64,000 bases of DNA from an uncultured bacterium (GTDB lineage Bacteria; Auribacterota; Erginobacteria; Erginobacterales; Erginobacteraceae), in the NCBI GenBank assembly GCA_963822585.1, contig CAWGIE010000035.1, positions 64,001 to 128,000 of the forward strand. Direction: 5' to 3'. The notes under the pieces are model-generated. The model was not told the DNA's origin. It ran no database searches and worked only from the letters and a program-made list of their open reading frames with translations. The first letter of the stretch is position 1. The number at the start of each line of letters is the position of its first letter. Position numbers and translations under genes: made by a program. This document shows positions 53,351 through 63,805 of the stretch, in pieces.

Positions 53351-54556
53351 ATGATCCCGCAGGAAGTCATGAGGTCGCTCTCCATCTCCACCGAAAGCAA
53401 AATCGTCCTCCTCGTCCTGGACGGCCTCGGCGGCCTCTCGATGGGAGACGGCACCGCCCTGGAAGTCGCCCGGACCCCTTATCTTGACGCTCTGGCCTCG
53501 GAAGGAACCCTGGGGCTGACCGATCCCGTTTCTCCGGGGATCACCCCGGGCAGCGGCCCGGCCCACATCTCTCTCTTCGGGTACGACCCGATCCGGTACC
53601 AGATCGGCCGGGGCGTGCTGGAGGCAACCGGCATTGATATGAAGCTGGGTCCGGACGACGTGGCCAGCCGGGGCAATTTCGCCACCATGGACGCCGCCGG
53701 TTTGATCACCGACCGCCGCGCGGGCCGGATCTCGACTGAAGAAAATCGGAGATTGGTGGAAATCCTGAAAAAGACGATCCGGGAAATCGACGGCGTGGAG
53801 GTCATCCTCCAATCCGTGAAGGAGCACCGGTTCGTGGTGATATTCCGGGGTGCGGGACTTGACAGCGGGTTGGCTGATACCGATCCCCAGGTTACGGGAA
53901 AGAGAAGCCTGGACCCCGAACCTCTTGATCCCGCAGCGGAGCACACGGCATCAATCGTGAAAAAATTCATCGCCCTCGCCACCCGGGCGCTCAGGGCCGA
54001 GCACCCCGCCAACACACTACTCCTGCGGGGGTTCTCCCGTCTGCCGGAGATACCCTCGATGGAGGAACTCTTCCATCTCAACCCGGCGGCCATCGCCGCC
54101 TATCCCATGTACCGGGGCCTGGCCGGTCTGGTGGGGATGAAAGTTCTGGAAGGGGGCGAAACAATCAAGGATGAATTCGCCGCCCTCCAGGAGCGCTGGG
54201 AAGGCTTCGACTTTTTCTTCATTCACATCAAGAAAACCGACAGTTACGGGGAGGATGGGAATTTCGAGAAAAAAGTGAGTGTCATAGAAGAGGTGGATTG
54301 CTTCATCCCGGCCTTGAAGGAACTGAATCCGGACGTGATCGCGGTCACCGGCGACCACTCGACTCCGTGTTTGCTGAAAGGGCACAGCTGGCACCCCAAC
54401 CCGCTCCTCCTCTGGTCGCCGTATGTCCGGGTAGACGCCGCCACCCGGTTCTCGGAAAGAGAGTGCGCGCACGGCGGCCTCGGACGGCTGCCCGCGGTCG
54501 AGGTGATGCCGCTCCTTCTGGCCAACGCGCTGAAGCTGGAGAAGTATGGGGCTTAA
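53351..54556 (+). CDS. apgM: 2,3-BPG-independent phosphoglycerate mutase (archaeal-type ApgM)
   Basis: VLDGLGG, PGSGPAHISLFGYDP, IGRGVLEA, RGNFAT, DRRAGRI, HIKKTDSYGEDG, TGDHSTP, HSWHP. Confidence 0.92.
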   Translation: MIPQEVMRSLSISTESKIVLLVLDGLGGLSMGDGTALEVARTPYLDALASEGTLGLTDPVSPGITPGSGPAHISLFGYDPIRYQIGRGVLEATGIDMKLGPDDVASRGNFATMDAAGLITDRRAGRISTEENRRLVEILKKTIREIDGVEVILQSVKEHRFVVIFRGAGLDSGLADTDPQVTGKRSLDPEPLDPAAEHTASIVKKFIALATRALRAEHPANTLLLRGFSRLPEIPSMEELFHLNPAAIAAYPMYRGLAGLVGMKVLEGGETIKDEFAALQERWEGFDFFFIHIKKTDSYGEDGNFEKKVSVIEEVDCFIPALKELNPDVIAVTGDHSTPCLLKGHSWHPNPLLLWSPYVRVDAATRFSERECAHGGLGRLPAVEVMPLLLANALKLEKYGA

Positions 54557-54692
54557 ATTGTGCTTCGCACAATTTAAATTAAATGAAAGATAGTCGGGTT
54601 CTGTTCAGTGTTTATCAGCGGAAGGTGACCATTCCGGTTTTCGTCATTCGAATTTCGTCATTTTTTATCTTTCTTTGATAGAGGAGATAATA

Positions 54693-55703
54693 ATGCATGA
54701 GGCGTTACTCTATAACAAATTGGAGGATGGAAAAGTCCGTTGCTCCCTCTGCGCCCACCGCTGCTTGATCCCGGAAGGGAAACGGGGACTCTGCGGCGTC
54801 CGGGAGAATCGGGGGGGCGTTCTTTTTTCGCTGGTCTATGGGAAGGCGATCGCCACCCATGTCGATCCGATCGAGAAGAAGCCGCTCTTCAACTTTCTTC
54901 CCGGTTCCCTCGCCTTCTCGGTGGCGACGGCGGGGTGCAATATGAGCTGCCGCCACTGCCAGAACGCCGATATCTCCCAGTCTCCCCGGGAAACCGGACA
55001 GATCGTCGGCAGGGATATTCCGCCGGAAGCTCTGGTGGACGAGGCCCTCCGGCAGGGGTGCCGGTCCATCGCCTACACCTATACCGAGCCCACGATCTTC
55101 TTCGAGTACGCGCTCGATACCGCACGGCTGGCCGCTAAAAAGGGGATCAAAAACATCTTCGTCACCAATGGCTACATGACGGCGGAAGCCCTGAAGACGA
55201 TCGCCCCCGTGCTTGATGCCGCCAATGTCGACCTGAAGTCATTCTCGGACGATTTCTACCGGGAGATCTGCGGCGCCCGACTGCAGCCGGTCCTGGATAC
55301 CATCAAAAGGATGCACGAGGGGGGCGTCTGGGTCGAGGTTACCACTCTGGTCATCCCGGGCCATAATGATTCCGACGCGGAACTCCGATCGATCGCCGGC
55401 TATCTTTCCGGCTTGAGCCCGGACATCCCCTGGCACGTCAGTGCCTTTTATCCAACCTACCAACTGACCGCCGCCCCCCCGACACCGGTGGCGACCCTGC
55501 AACGAGCCCGGACGATCGGGCGGGAAGCCGGGATCCGCTACGTCTATACCGGAAATATCCCCGGCGATGACGGGGAGAATACCTATTGCCCTCACTGCGG
55601 GAAGAAAATCGTGGAGCGGACCGGCTATCGGGTGGAGGCCGTGAACATCCGGGACGGGAAGTGCTCCTTCTGCGCGGCCCCCGTCTCTGGTGTCTGGAGG
55701 TAA
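54693..55703 (+). CDS. amrS: AmmeMemoRadiSam radical SAM enzyme
   Basis: CSLCAHRC, GLCGVREN, DPIEKKPLFNF, GCNMSCRHCQN, AYTYTEP, VTNGY, YVYTGN, TYCPHCG. Confidence 0.92.
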   Translation: MHEALLYNKLEDGKVRCSLCAHRCLIPEGKRGLCGVRENRGGVLFSLVYGKAIATHVDPIEKKPLFNFLPGSLAFSVATAGCNMSCRHCQNADISQSPRETGQIVGRDIPPEALVDEALRQGCRSIAYTYTEPTIFFEYALDTARLAAKKGIKNIFVTNGYMTAEALKTIAPVLDAANVDLKSFSDDFYREICGARLQPVLDTIKRMHEGGVWVEVTTLVIPGHNDSDAELRSIAGYLSGLSPDIPWHVSAFYPTYQLTAAPPTPVATLQRARTIGREAGIRYVYTGNIPGDDGENTYCPHCGKKIVERTGYRVEAVNIRDGKCSFCAAPVSGVWR

Positions 55704-55847
55704 GATTTTTATCTTTGGCATCCCGGCTCGTTCTCTGTTTCCGGTCCGGTCGTTGGTTGTTATCTCATTTTATATAGTATTTTTGCTGATGTTTTCCCCG
55801 GAAAAAGGTTCATAATAGACAGGCTGGTTTAAGGAGAAGCATGTAAC

Positions 55848-58800
55848 ATGAAAACGCCGTTGAGACGGAGACCCAGGCGAAGTGTGACGATAAGGTCGTG
55901 TACCTCGAGTGTACTGACCTCCATCATTCTCTGCGTTACCACCGTGGCCCCTGTCGCTGCCGCGACCTACACGGTTACCACCACCAACGACAGCGGGGCC
56001 GGTTCGCTTCGACAGGCGATAATAGATGCCAATACGCCGGGCCCGGACACCGTCGCTTTTAATATCCCCGGCGCGGGACCGCATGTGATCAGCCTGGCCA
56101 GTTCCCTTCCCTCACTCACCGACGACGAGACCGTGATCGATGGATATACCCAGCCGGGAAGCGTCCCCGCACCGCTGGGGTCGGGCACAACCAGGGTGAT
56201 CCGGATTGAAGTAAGAAATTCCGGTATCTACATCGATAACGCCAGCGGCTGCACCGTCCGCGGTCTGGCGATCAACATCAGTCCCGACAACTACGTTTTC
56301 ATCTCCGGCTTTTCAGCGCAGTCGAACACGATCGAAGGGAATTACCTGGGAACCGACGCCTCGGGTACTGCCGGCGGCGGGTGTATCTTTGCAGGAGTCC
56401 ACCTCCGGGACGGTACCCACCATAACATAATCGGGGGGAGCGATCCGGATTCCGGCAACGTCGTCAGCGCCGCCGGCGGCCACGGTATCGCCCTCTACGG
56501 GAGCGACTACAACCAAATCAGGGGAAATTACGTCGGGACCGACTGTATGGGAACGGTCGGGATCGGCAATGCCGATCACGGCATTACCTGCCATCAACCG
56601 GGGTCGTCGTACAATACCATCGGAGGCACGACCGCCGCGGAAAGGAACGTCATTTGCGATAACACCGGCGACGGGATCCGGTGCGAGTCACCGGGCGGCG
56701 GCGCCTCGAATTACAACACGATTATCGGGAACTATATCGGTGTGGATTCCACCGGGAACGCCGCGCTGGGAAACGGTTTATCCGGCGTCAGGTTTTCGGA
56801 GGGAACCGGAAATCGGCTCGGCGCCCCGGGCCCGGGGGAAGAGGAACATCATCTCCGGGATCTGCAGTGCCGTCGTGGAGATAAATACGGACTCGAACTA
56901 TGTCCAGGGGAATTACATAGGCACCAACGCCGATGGCACGGCTGCCCTGGGGAACACGTCAGGTATCCACGTGAACGGGGTTTCCGGAAACATGATCGGG
57001 GGGGAGAACCCGAGAGAGAGGAACATGATCAGCGGGAACGACGAATACGGGGTTTCTCTCAATGAGGATTAATCGTATACAAGCGTCCGGGGAAACTGGA
57101 TCGGCCTGAACGCGTTCGGGAACGCCGCCCTCGGAAACGGCGACCATGGAGTGTCCGTCCGGGGGGCGAACAGCGTCATCGGGGGAGAGGAAGAGGGTAG
57201 GGGGAACGTCATCTCCGGCAACGGAGGAGACGGTATCGCCATAGACGGAAAAAACGCCGTGGACAACCTGGTTGCCGGCAACAGGATCACGGGAAACCTC
57301 GGTACGGGCGTCTTGGTGCAGGGCCAGCTCTCCGCCGGCAATGATATCAGCCGAAATTCGTTCCGGAAGAACGGCGAACTCGGCATCGACCTGGGAGCTG
57401 ACGGCAGGACGCCCAACGACCCCGACGATCCCGACGAAGGACCGAACCGGATTCAGAATTTCCCGGTGATCGTCGCCGCCAACCTTTCCGGGAGCAGTAT
57501 CGAGATTAGTTACTCTGTTCCTTCCTCCCCCTTAAATTCAGATTACCCGCTCCGGGTGGAATTTTACCGGGCCGACAGCGACGAGGAAGAGGGCGCGGAG
57601 TATCTGGGTGATGATATCTATGCCGGTACCGGATCCCGGACGGTCGATTTCGCGCCGGAAACGGCGATCGCGGGCGGGGATCATATCCTGGCCACCGCGA
57701 CCGATCTCGCCGGGAATACCTCCGAATTCAGTGCCGCGGTTACGGTGGGGGTGATAGCCTGCCGCTGCTTCACCGTTGCCCAGCGGGGCGGTCTCAACGG
57801 CACCAACCTGCTGACACTAGTCGATCCCGGTGACTTCGATCCGGCCTCCAATGAAAAGAGTATCGGCCTCACCACCGGCACTACCGGCATCGAGTCGCTT
57901 GCCTATCATTTCGCCTCAGGGAACCTCTACGCGGTCGACTACAGTCAGCTCGGCGTCCTGGACCGGGCCACGGGCATATTTACTCCCGCTCCGCGGCCAA
58001 TCGGCCCAGGACAGGCTGCCCTGGGGAGGCTATTTCCCGTCGGCCGTTCCGCCCGGGGATATACCGATGTCGACGGGCTGGCCTTTACCCCGTCCGGAGA
58101 AGCACTGTACGGCAGCGTGCGCCGGACCGGGAGCGATCTTTTGATACAGATCGACCCCGCGACCGGCGCGCTGGTGCCGGGGGCGTTCGGAGGGAGCGAT
58201 TACCTGGTGATAGCGGAGGCGGCGCCCGGACTGAGCGACTTAGATGATATATCCTTCGATACGGTTTTAGGTAAGCTCTACGCGCTTCAGGACGACAACG
58301 GGAGGAGAGAGCACCTGGTGGTCATCAATACCGCCGACGGTTCGGTGACCGATGTCAACCGGATCGTTTTTTCCGGCAGTTTCCTGGATGATATGGAGGG
58401 CCTCGATTTCGGCTGCGACGGGCGCCTCTGGGGCCTGACCGGAGACAAAGCCGGGTCCGGGTTATCCAACTGTCTCTGGGAACTGGACAAAACGACCGCG
58501 ATCGCTTCCTCTCCCCGCCCGCTCAATAACGGTACCGACTACGAAGGCGTCGCCTCCGGGGACTTCCCGCCCGCGGCAGTTACGCCGACCCCGTTCCCGC
58601 TGGTTTTGGAAAACGGTGACTACAACGGGGACGGCATCTCGGACATCGCCGTCTTTGAACCCGGTTCGGGCCTGTGGGCGGTGCGGGGGATCACCCGGAA
58701 ATTCTTCGGGCGAAGCGGCGACATCCCCATCCCCGGCGACTACAACGGGGACGGTACCACCGATATCGGTGTTTTCCGGGCGGCAACCGGTCTCTGGGCG

Positions 58801-59340
58801 ATTTCCGGGAACTCCCGGGCCTACTACGGGACGGCTCTCGATCTCCCCGCGCCCGACGATTATGACGGTGACGGCACTGCCGACATCGCGATCTTCAGGG
58901 CCCTCACCGGACTCTGGGCGATCAGGAGCCGGTCACGGCTCTACTTCGGCGCCCCGGGAGACTATCCCGTACCGGAGGATTATACCGGCAACGGGACCGC
59001 GGGGATCGGAATCTTCCGGCGCAAGATCGGCCTCTGGGCGTTGAGAGGGGTGAGCCGCGTTTATTTCGGGGCCGATGGTGATTTCCCTGTCCCGGGGGAT
59101 TACGGGTTGCGGGGTGCCCGGGTACCCGCGGTCTTCCGGTTTCCATCCGGTCTCTAGGCGAACCGGGGCGTGAGCCGTCTCTATTTCGGAAGCAGGTGGG
59201 ATATCCCCGTCCCGGCCGACTACGACGGAGATGGTTTCGACGAAGTGGGCGTTTTCCGCGGTCCGACATCCCTCTGGGCGATAAAAGGAATCACCCGGGC
59301 CTACTTCGGCGCCACCGGAGACATCCCCATTACCAGGTAA
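55848..59340 (+). pseudogene. Large secreted beta-helix protein with a propeller-like region and six C-terminal DYNGDG repeats; interrupted
   Basis: TVTTTNDSGAGSLRQAI, repeated IxGNYIGTDxxGTAALGN, IDLGADG..PND..D.DEGPN.IQNFP, GNTSEFS. Frameshift near 56835; TAA at 57070; TAG at 59155 where the repeat consensus has Trp. Ends DIPITR*. Confidence 0.75.
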
Positions 59341-59362
59341 CGGTAAAAGTAAATAGTGTCTC

Positions 59363-61995
59363 TTAGTCGCGCATCGCCGGCCCCGATCCATCGGATTGAG
59401 GAGATTTTCTCTTCTTTTTCCCTTCTTCCGGGCCGACTTCGCTTTCTTCTTCTGTGCCTTCTTCTCCAGCAGTTCGACCGCGTCCTCCATTGAAAATGAC
59501 TCGAGATCGGTGTCTTTGCCCAGGGAAGCGTTCAGCCGGCCGTGGTTGACATAGGGGCCGTAGCGGCCGGTCATGATCCGGACCGGTTTCCCGTCCCCGG
59601 GATGGCCGCCCAGGTCCCGGAGGGGCTTACGCCCCACTCGGCCGCCCCGGCCGCGGGGTTCGGGAGCAGTGGCCAGGATCTCGACCGCCTGGTCAAGAGT
59701 AACCTCGAGGATGTTATGCGGTTTTTTCAGGGTGGTGAACTTCCCGTCATGAACCAGGTAGGGGCCGAACCGGCCCAGACCGGCCTTGACCGCCTTTCCG
59801 GTCTCGGGATGTTCTCCAAGTACGCGGGGTAGCTGGATTATCTTTAAAGCCGTCTCCAGGGAGACTTCTTCGACCGGGATGTCGTCCGGGAGCTTGATCC
59901 GTTTCGGCTTTTCTTCCCCCGTTCCGTTTTCTCCCCGCTGGATATAGGGTCCGAAAGGTCCCAGTTTAAGGTAAACCGCGAGTCCGGTCTCGGGATCGGC
60001 GCCCAGTTTCTGGGGGCCTTCATCCTTTTGTTTCATCAGCCGCCGGACGGTTTCGGCGGAGAGGTCGGCCGGCGGAATATCGGCCTGGATGCCGGTGCGT
60101 ACCTGCTCGCCGTCTTTCTCCCAGGAGAGGAAGGGCCCGAATCGTCCCACGCGAACCTCCACCGGCGGGGAGTCAAGCCGGAGCGCGAAGAGAGACCGGG
60201 GATCGACGTCGGCTTCCCGGGCCGTCACCCGGTTTCTTAGGCCCTGCTCTCCCAGATAAAAGTGGCGCAGATATTCGAGCCATCCCTTGTCGCCCCGGGC
60301 GATATTATCCAGGTGTTCCTCCATGTCGGCGGTAAAGTTGATGTCCACCAGGTCCTGGAAATGTTCCTCCATCAGGCGGTTGACGGCGAAAGCGGTGAAG
60401 GTGGGAACCAGTTCTTTGCGCTGTTTGAAAACGTAACCGCGCTTGACGATGGTAGTGATGATGGAGGCGTAAGTGCTGGGCCGGCCGATCCCCTCATCCT
60501 TCAACACCTTGATCAGTGTCGCCTCCGTATATCGGGGCGGGGGCTTGGTCTCCTGGTTGCGGCACTGCAGGTCCCGGCAGTCGACCTCCTCATCCACGGC
60601 CAGGGCGGGAAGGGCCGCGGTCTGGTTTGCCGTCGAGTCTTCGGAATCGTCTCTTCCGTGAATATACGCCTTGAAGAAACCGGGAAAATCCACGATCCGG
60701 CCGCTGGCCCGGAAGACGGCGTTATCCACGGCGATCGTGGCCGTCTGGAAACGGAGGCGGGCCGGTTTCATCTGGGTGGCGATCGTTCGTTTCCAGATCA
60801 GGTCGTAGAGGGCCCGTTCCAGGCCGCTGAGGGGAAGGCTTTCCACGGTCCGCATTTCTTTCCCGGCGGGACGAATGGCCTCATGCGCCTCCTGGGCCCC
60901 TTTGTCGGAGGTCCGGAACCGGCGGGGAGCGGGGTTGAGAAAGTCCTCTCCGTAAAGGGTCTTGATGCGGTTCCGCGCGGCAAAGATCGCCTCATCGCTT
61001 AAATGGACGGAGTCGGTGCGCATGTAGGTGATGTAGCCGTTCTCGTATAATTTCTGCGCGAAGCGCATTGTCTGGGCCGCCCCCATCCCCAGCTTCCGGT
61101 TGGCTTCCATCTGGAGAGTGGCGGTGGTGAAGGGGGGGAAGGGATGTCGGGTGGCTTCTTTTTCCTGGATCTCGGTCACCCGCCAGACACCCGCCCGCAA
61201 TTTTTCTACCAGGCTGTCCGCCTCTTCACGGTCCAGGAGCAGGAGATCTTTCCCCGGGGGAAGCTGCCCGGTCGTTTCGTCGAAGTCCCGTCCCCGGGCC
61301 AGCGGCTTTCCGCCCAAAGAGTGAAGTTGGGCCTCGAACCGGTTCTCCGGGCAGTCCGGGCGCTTATTGAGCAGCGCCTTCACGCTCCGGTAAAGGGCCG
61401 GGTGAAAGGCACGCCGTTTCCGCTCCCGGTCAACCAGCAGGCGGACGGCCACGCTCTGGACCCGTCCGGCCGACAGCCGGGGCGCTATTTTTTTCCAGAG
61501 CAGCGGGGAGACGGTGTAGCCGACCAGCCGGTCCAGGATGCGCCGGGCTTCCTGGGCCCGTACCAGGTTCATGTCGATGGTCCGGGGTGAGGCGAGGGAT
61601 TCCCGGATCGCGTCGCCGGTGATCTCATGGAAGACCATCCGTCTGACCGGACATTCCGGCTGGAGGAGTTCGGCCAGGTGCCAGCCGATGCTCTCGCCTT
61701 CCCGGTCCTCGTCGGTAGCCAGGAGGAGTTCGTCGGCTTCCCCCGCCAGCTTACGAAGGTCGGAGACTATTTTTTTCTTGTCGTCGGGGATGACGTAAAG
61801 GGGCTCGAAGTCATGCTCTATGTTGACCCCCATCCGGGCCCATTCTTCTTTCTTCAGATCCGGGGGGACCTCTCCGGCGGAGGAGGGGAGATCGCGCACG
61901 TGTCCCATGGAGGCCTCGACACGGTAACCGGCGGGCAGGAAACCGTTGATCGTCCGGGCCTTGGTCGGTGATTCGACGATAACCAGCCTGGTCAT
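59363..61995 (-). CDS. topA: DNA topoisomerase I (type IA) with C-terminal Topo_C repeats
   Basis: [74 protein letters not shown] repeats. Adding one A in the run near 59415 gives a natural stop at 59363. Confidence 0.95.
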
Positions 61996-62251
61996 TTTTT
62001 TCTTCCGGGATTTTGAATAATGTGAAATTGTATATTTCGCTTCGATTAAAAGGGGCATGGTTATAACCCATGTCCCGGAAGAAAAAAAGGAAAAATTGAT
62101 TCGGATATAGTCTCTGTTGATAAAATAGGATAGCGGTGTATAGTAATATGCTACCTGAATAGATGCCATATTCCCTGAAGATCCGCACTTTTCCTCCTGG
62201 CGTTGGCTTATGTGTTTTTCTCTCAATTAGCGCCGGAGGCGCTAATTTATA

Positions 62252-62983
62252 ATGATTATCAATCAGATATTGAACAGATTCAGAATCTGGATTTCATATG
62301 TCGCCCTGGTCTTGACCGGGTTCGTCTGTTTCTTCTTCTTCCGCTTTCCGCTTAACTTTACCCTGGTCAGGGGGAAGAAAAACATCCCCAAAAAAGGGAG
62401 GAATGTCCTTTTTGTATCCAACCATCTTTCGATGTACGACTCCTTTTTGATCGCTGTCGCCGCGTTTTTTCCTTCTGTTTTGACCCATCCTTCCCGTCCG
62501 CCGATTAATTTTGCCGCCGAAGAAAATTATTTTACCCAGTGGTACATCCGGGTCCTTCTGCGGATTCTTCGTACGGTCCCGGTCAAGAAAGGGCGCCACG
62601 ACCCCTTCCTGATGAGGAAATACGCGGACTTCCTGAAGAAGAGGAATATCCTCGTCTTCTACCAGGGGACCCGAAGCTTCGACCTGAAGCAGATCAAATC
62701 CGGTCCGGCTTACGTGATCGCGAACGCGGCAGAAGAGGTGACGGTGATCCCGATCTACCATGAAGGTATTACCCGCATCTTCAGCAGAGGGGGGCCCCGG
62801 ACGAAGGGATTATGGCGCTGGCTGCCCCGCAGTTTTTTCCACCGGCCGACGGTGACCTTCGGGGCGCCGATCGATTTCAGCGACCTGATGCGGATCGAAG
62901 ATCAGAAGGAGCGGATTGCCGCGATCAACGAGAGGATTACCGATCGTATCGAGAAGTTAAAAAAATCGCCGGAAAAAATATGA
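62252..62983 (+). CDS. Lysophospholipid acyltransferase (PlsC family)
   Basis: SNHLSMYD (HX4D), VFYQGTRS, PTVTFGAPI. Confidence 0.8.
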   Translation: MIINQILNRFRIWISYVALVLTGFVCFFFFRFPLNFTLVRGKKNIPKKGRNVLFVSNHLSMYDSFLIAVAAFFPSVLTHPSRPPINFAAEENYFTQWYIRVLLRILRTVPVKKGRHDPFLMRKYADFLKKRNILVFYQGTRSFDLKQIKSGPAYVIANAAEEVTVIPIYHEGITRIFSRGGPRTKGLWRWLPRSFFHRPTVTFGAPIDFSDLMRIEDQKERIAAINERITDRIEKLKKSPEKI

Positions 62984-63057
62984 GGCGCCGTCATTCCGGA
63001 GGAAGAAAGCGCATCGCGGCCGCCGCCCAAGCAAAATTCCCGGATCAAGCGGAAACA

Positions 63058-63312
63058 ATGAAATGGATTCCCCTCATCGGCTTTACCGCCGCCGCTTTGA
63101 CCACCCTGGCGTTTTTACCCCAGGTGATCAAAACGTGGAAGATCAGGGAGACGAAGGACATCTCCCTGCTCATGTATGTCGCTTTTGTCGTCGGGGTCTT
63201 TCTCTGGTTCTGTTACGGAATCCTGATCGGCGACTATCCGGTATCGATCGCCAACGGGATAACGCTTCTCCTGGCCTCCATTATCCTGATCGCGAAGATC
63301 AAGTACGGTTGA
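63058..63312 (+). CDS. SemiSWEET (PQ-loop) sugar transporter
   Basis: MKWIPLIGFTAAALTTLAFLPQVIKTWK..ETKDIS...GVFLWFCYGIL...IAN. Confidence 0.9.
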   Translation: MKWIPLIGFTAAALTTLAFLPQVIKTWKIRETKDISLLMYVAFVVGVFLWFCYGILIGDYPVSIANGITLLLASIILIAKIKYG

Positions 63313-63436
63313 CCTTTGTTTGCCCGGAAAAGAGGGGAAAACCGGGCGGCGGTATTTACGTCGGGCCGATTTGATGGTATAATAGAACGAAGATGTATGA
63401 AGTGGTAACGATGATATCGTTGCTCTAAAATCATAG

Positions 63437-63805
63437 ATGAAAAAGAAACGGATTTTAGTCGCCGATGATGATCAAAATCTGGTCAGGCTTGTCAGTCTGG
63501 AACTTCGCGACCAGGGATACGAAGTCATCACCGCCGCAAACGGAAAAGAGACTATAGACCGCGTGCATGACGATCACCCGGACCTGATTATCCTTGATTA
63601 CCACATGCCGGAGGGCGACGGCCTCTATGTGATCGCCAAGCTGAAGACCGCCCTCGAGACCTTTACTATCCCGATCATCATGCTGACCGCCGATGATTCG
63701 CAAAATGTCCGCGCTCAGGCCTTCGGCCTCTCGGCGGGATATTTTCTCACCAAACCGTTTAAGCCGGCTGTGCTCCTTCAGAAAGTGAAAGAAGCCCTGG
63801 CGTAA
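63437..63805 (+). CDS. Single-domain response regulator (receiver)
   Basis: ILVADDD, DLIILDYHMP, PIIMLTA, LTKPF. Confidence 0.92.
   Translation: MKKKRILVADDDQNLVRLVSLELRDQGYEVITAANGKETIDRVHDDHPDLIILDYHMPEGDGLYVIAKLKTALETFTIPIIMLTADDSQNVRAQAFGLSAGYFLTKPFKPAVLLQKVKEALA

Noticed and set aside
8215..59157. Stop-codon recoding (in-frame TAG at 8215 and 59155, TAA at 30589 and 57070)
   Set aside because: TAG and TAA end many normal genes here (trpB, mtaB, amrB-amrA, leuS), the implied residues are inconsistent, and the same genes also have frameshifts
58933..59362. Apparent 140-aa TopA C-terminal extension overlapping the convergent gene
   Set aside because: It is the antisense of the DYNGDG repeats; one extra A in the run near 59415 restores a normal stop at 59363
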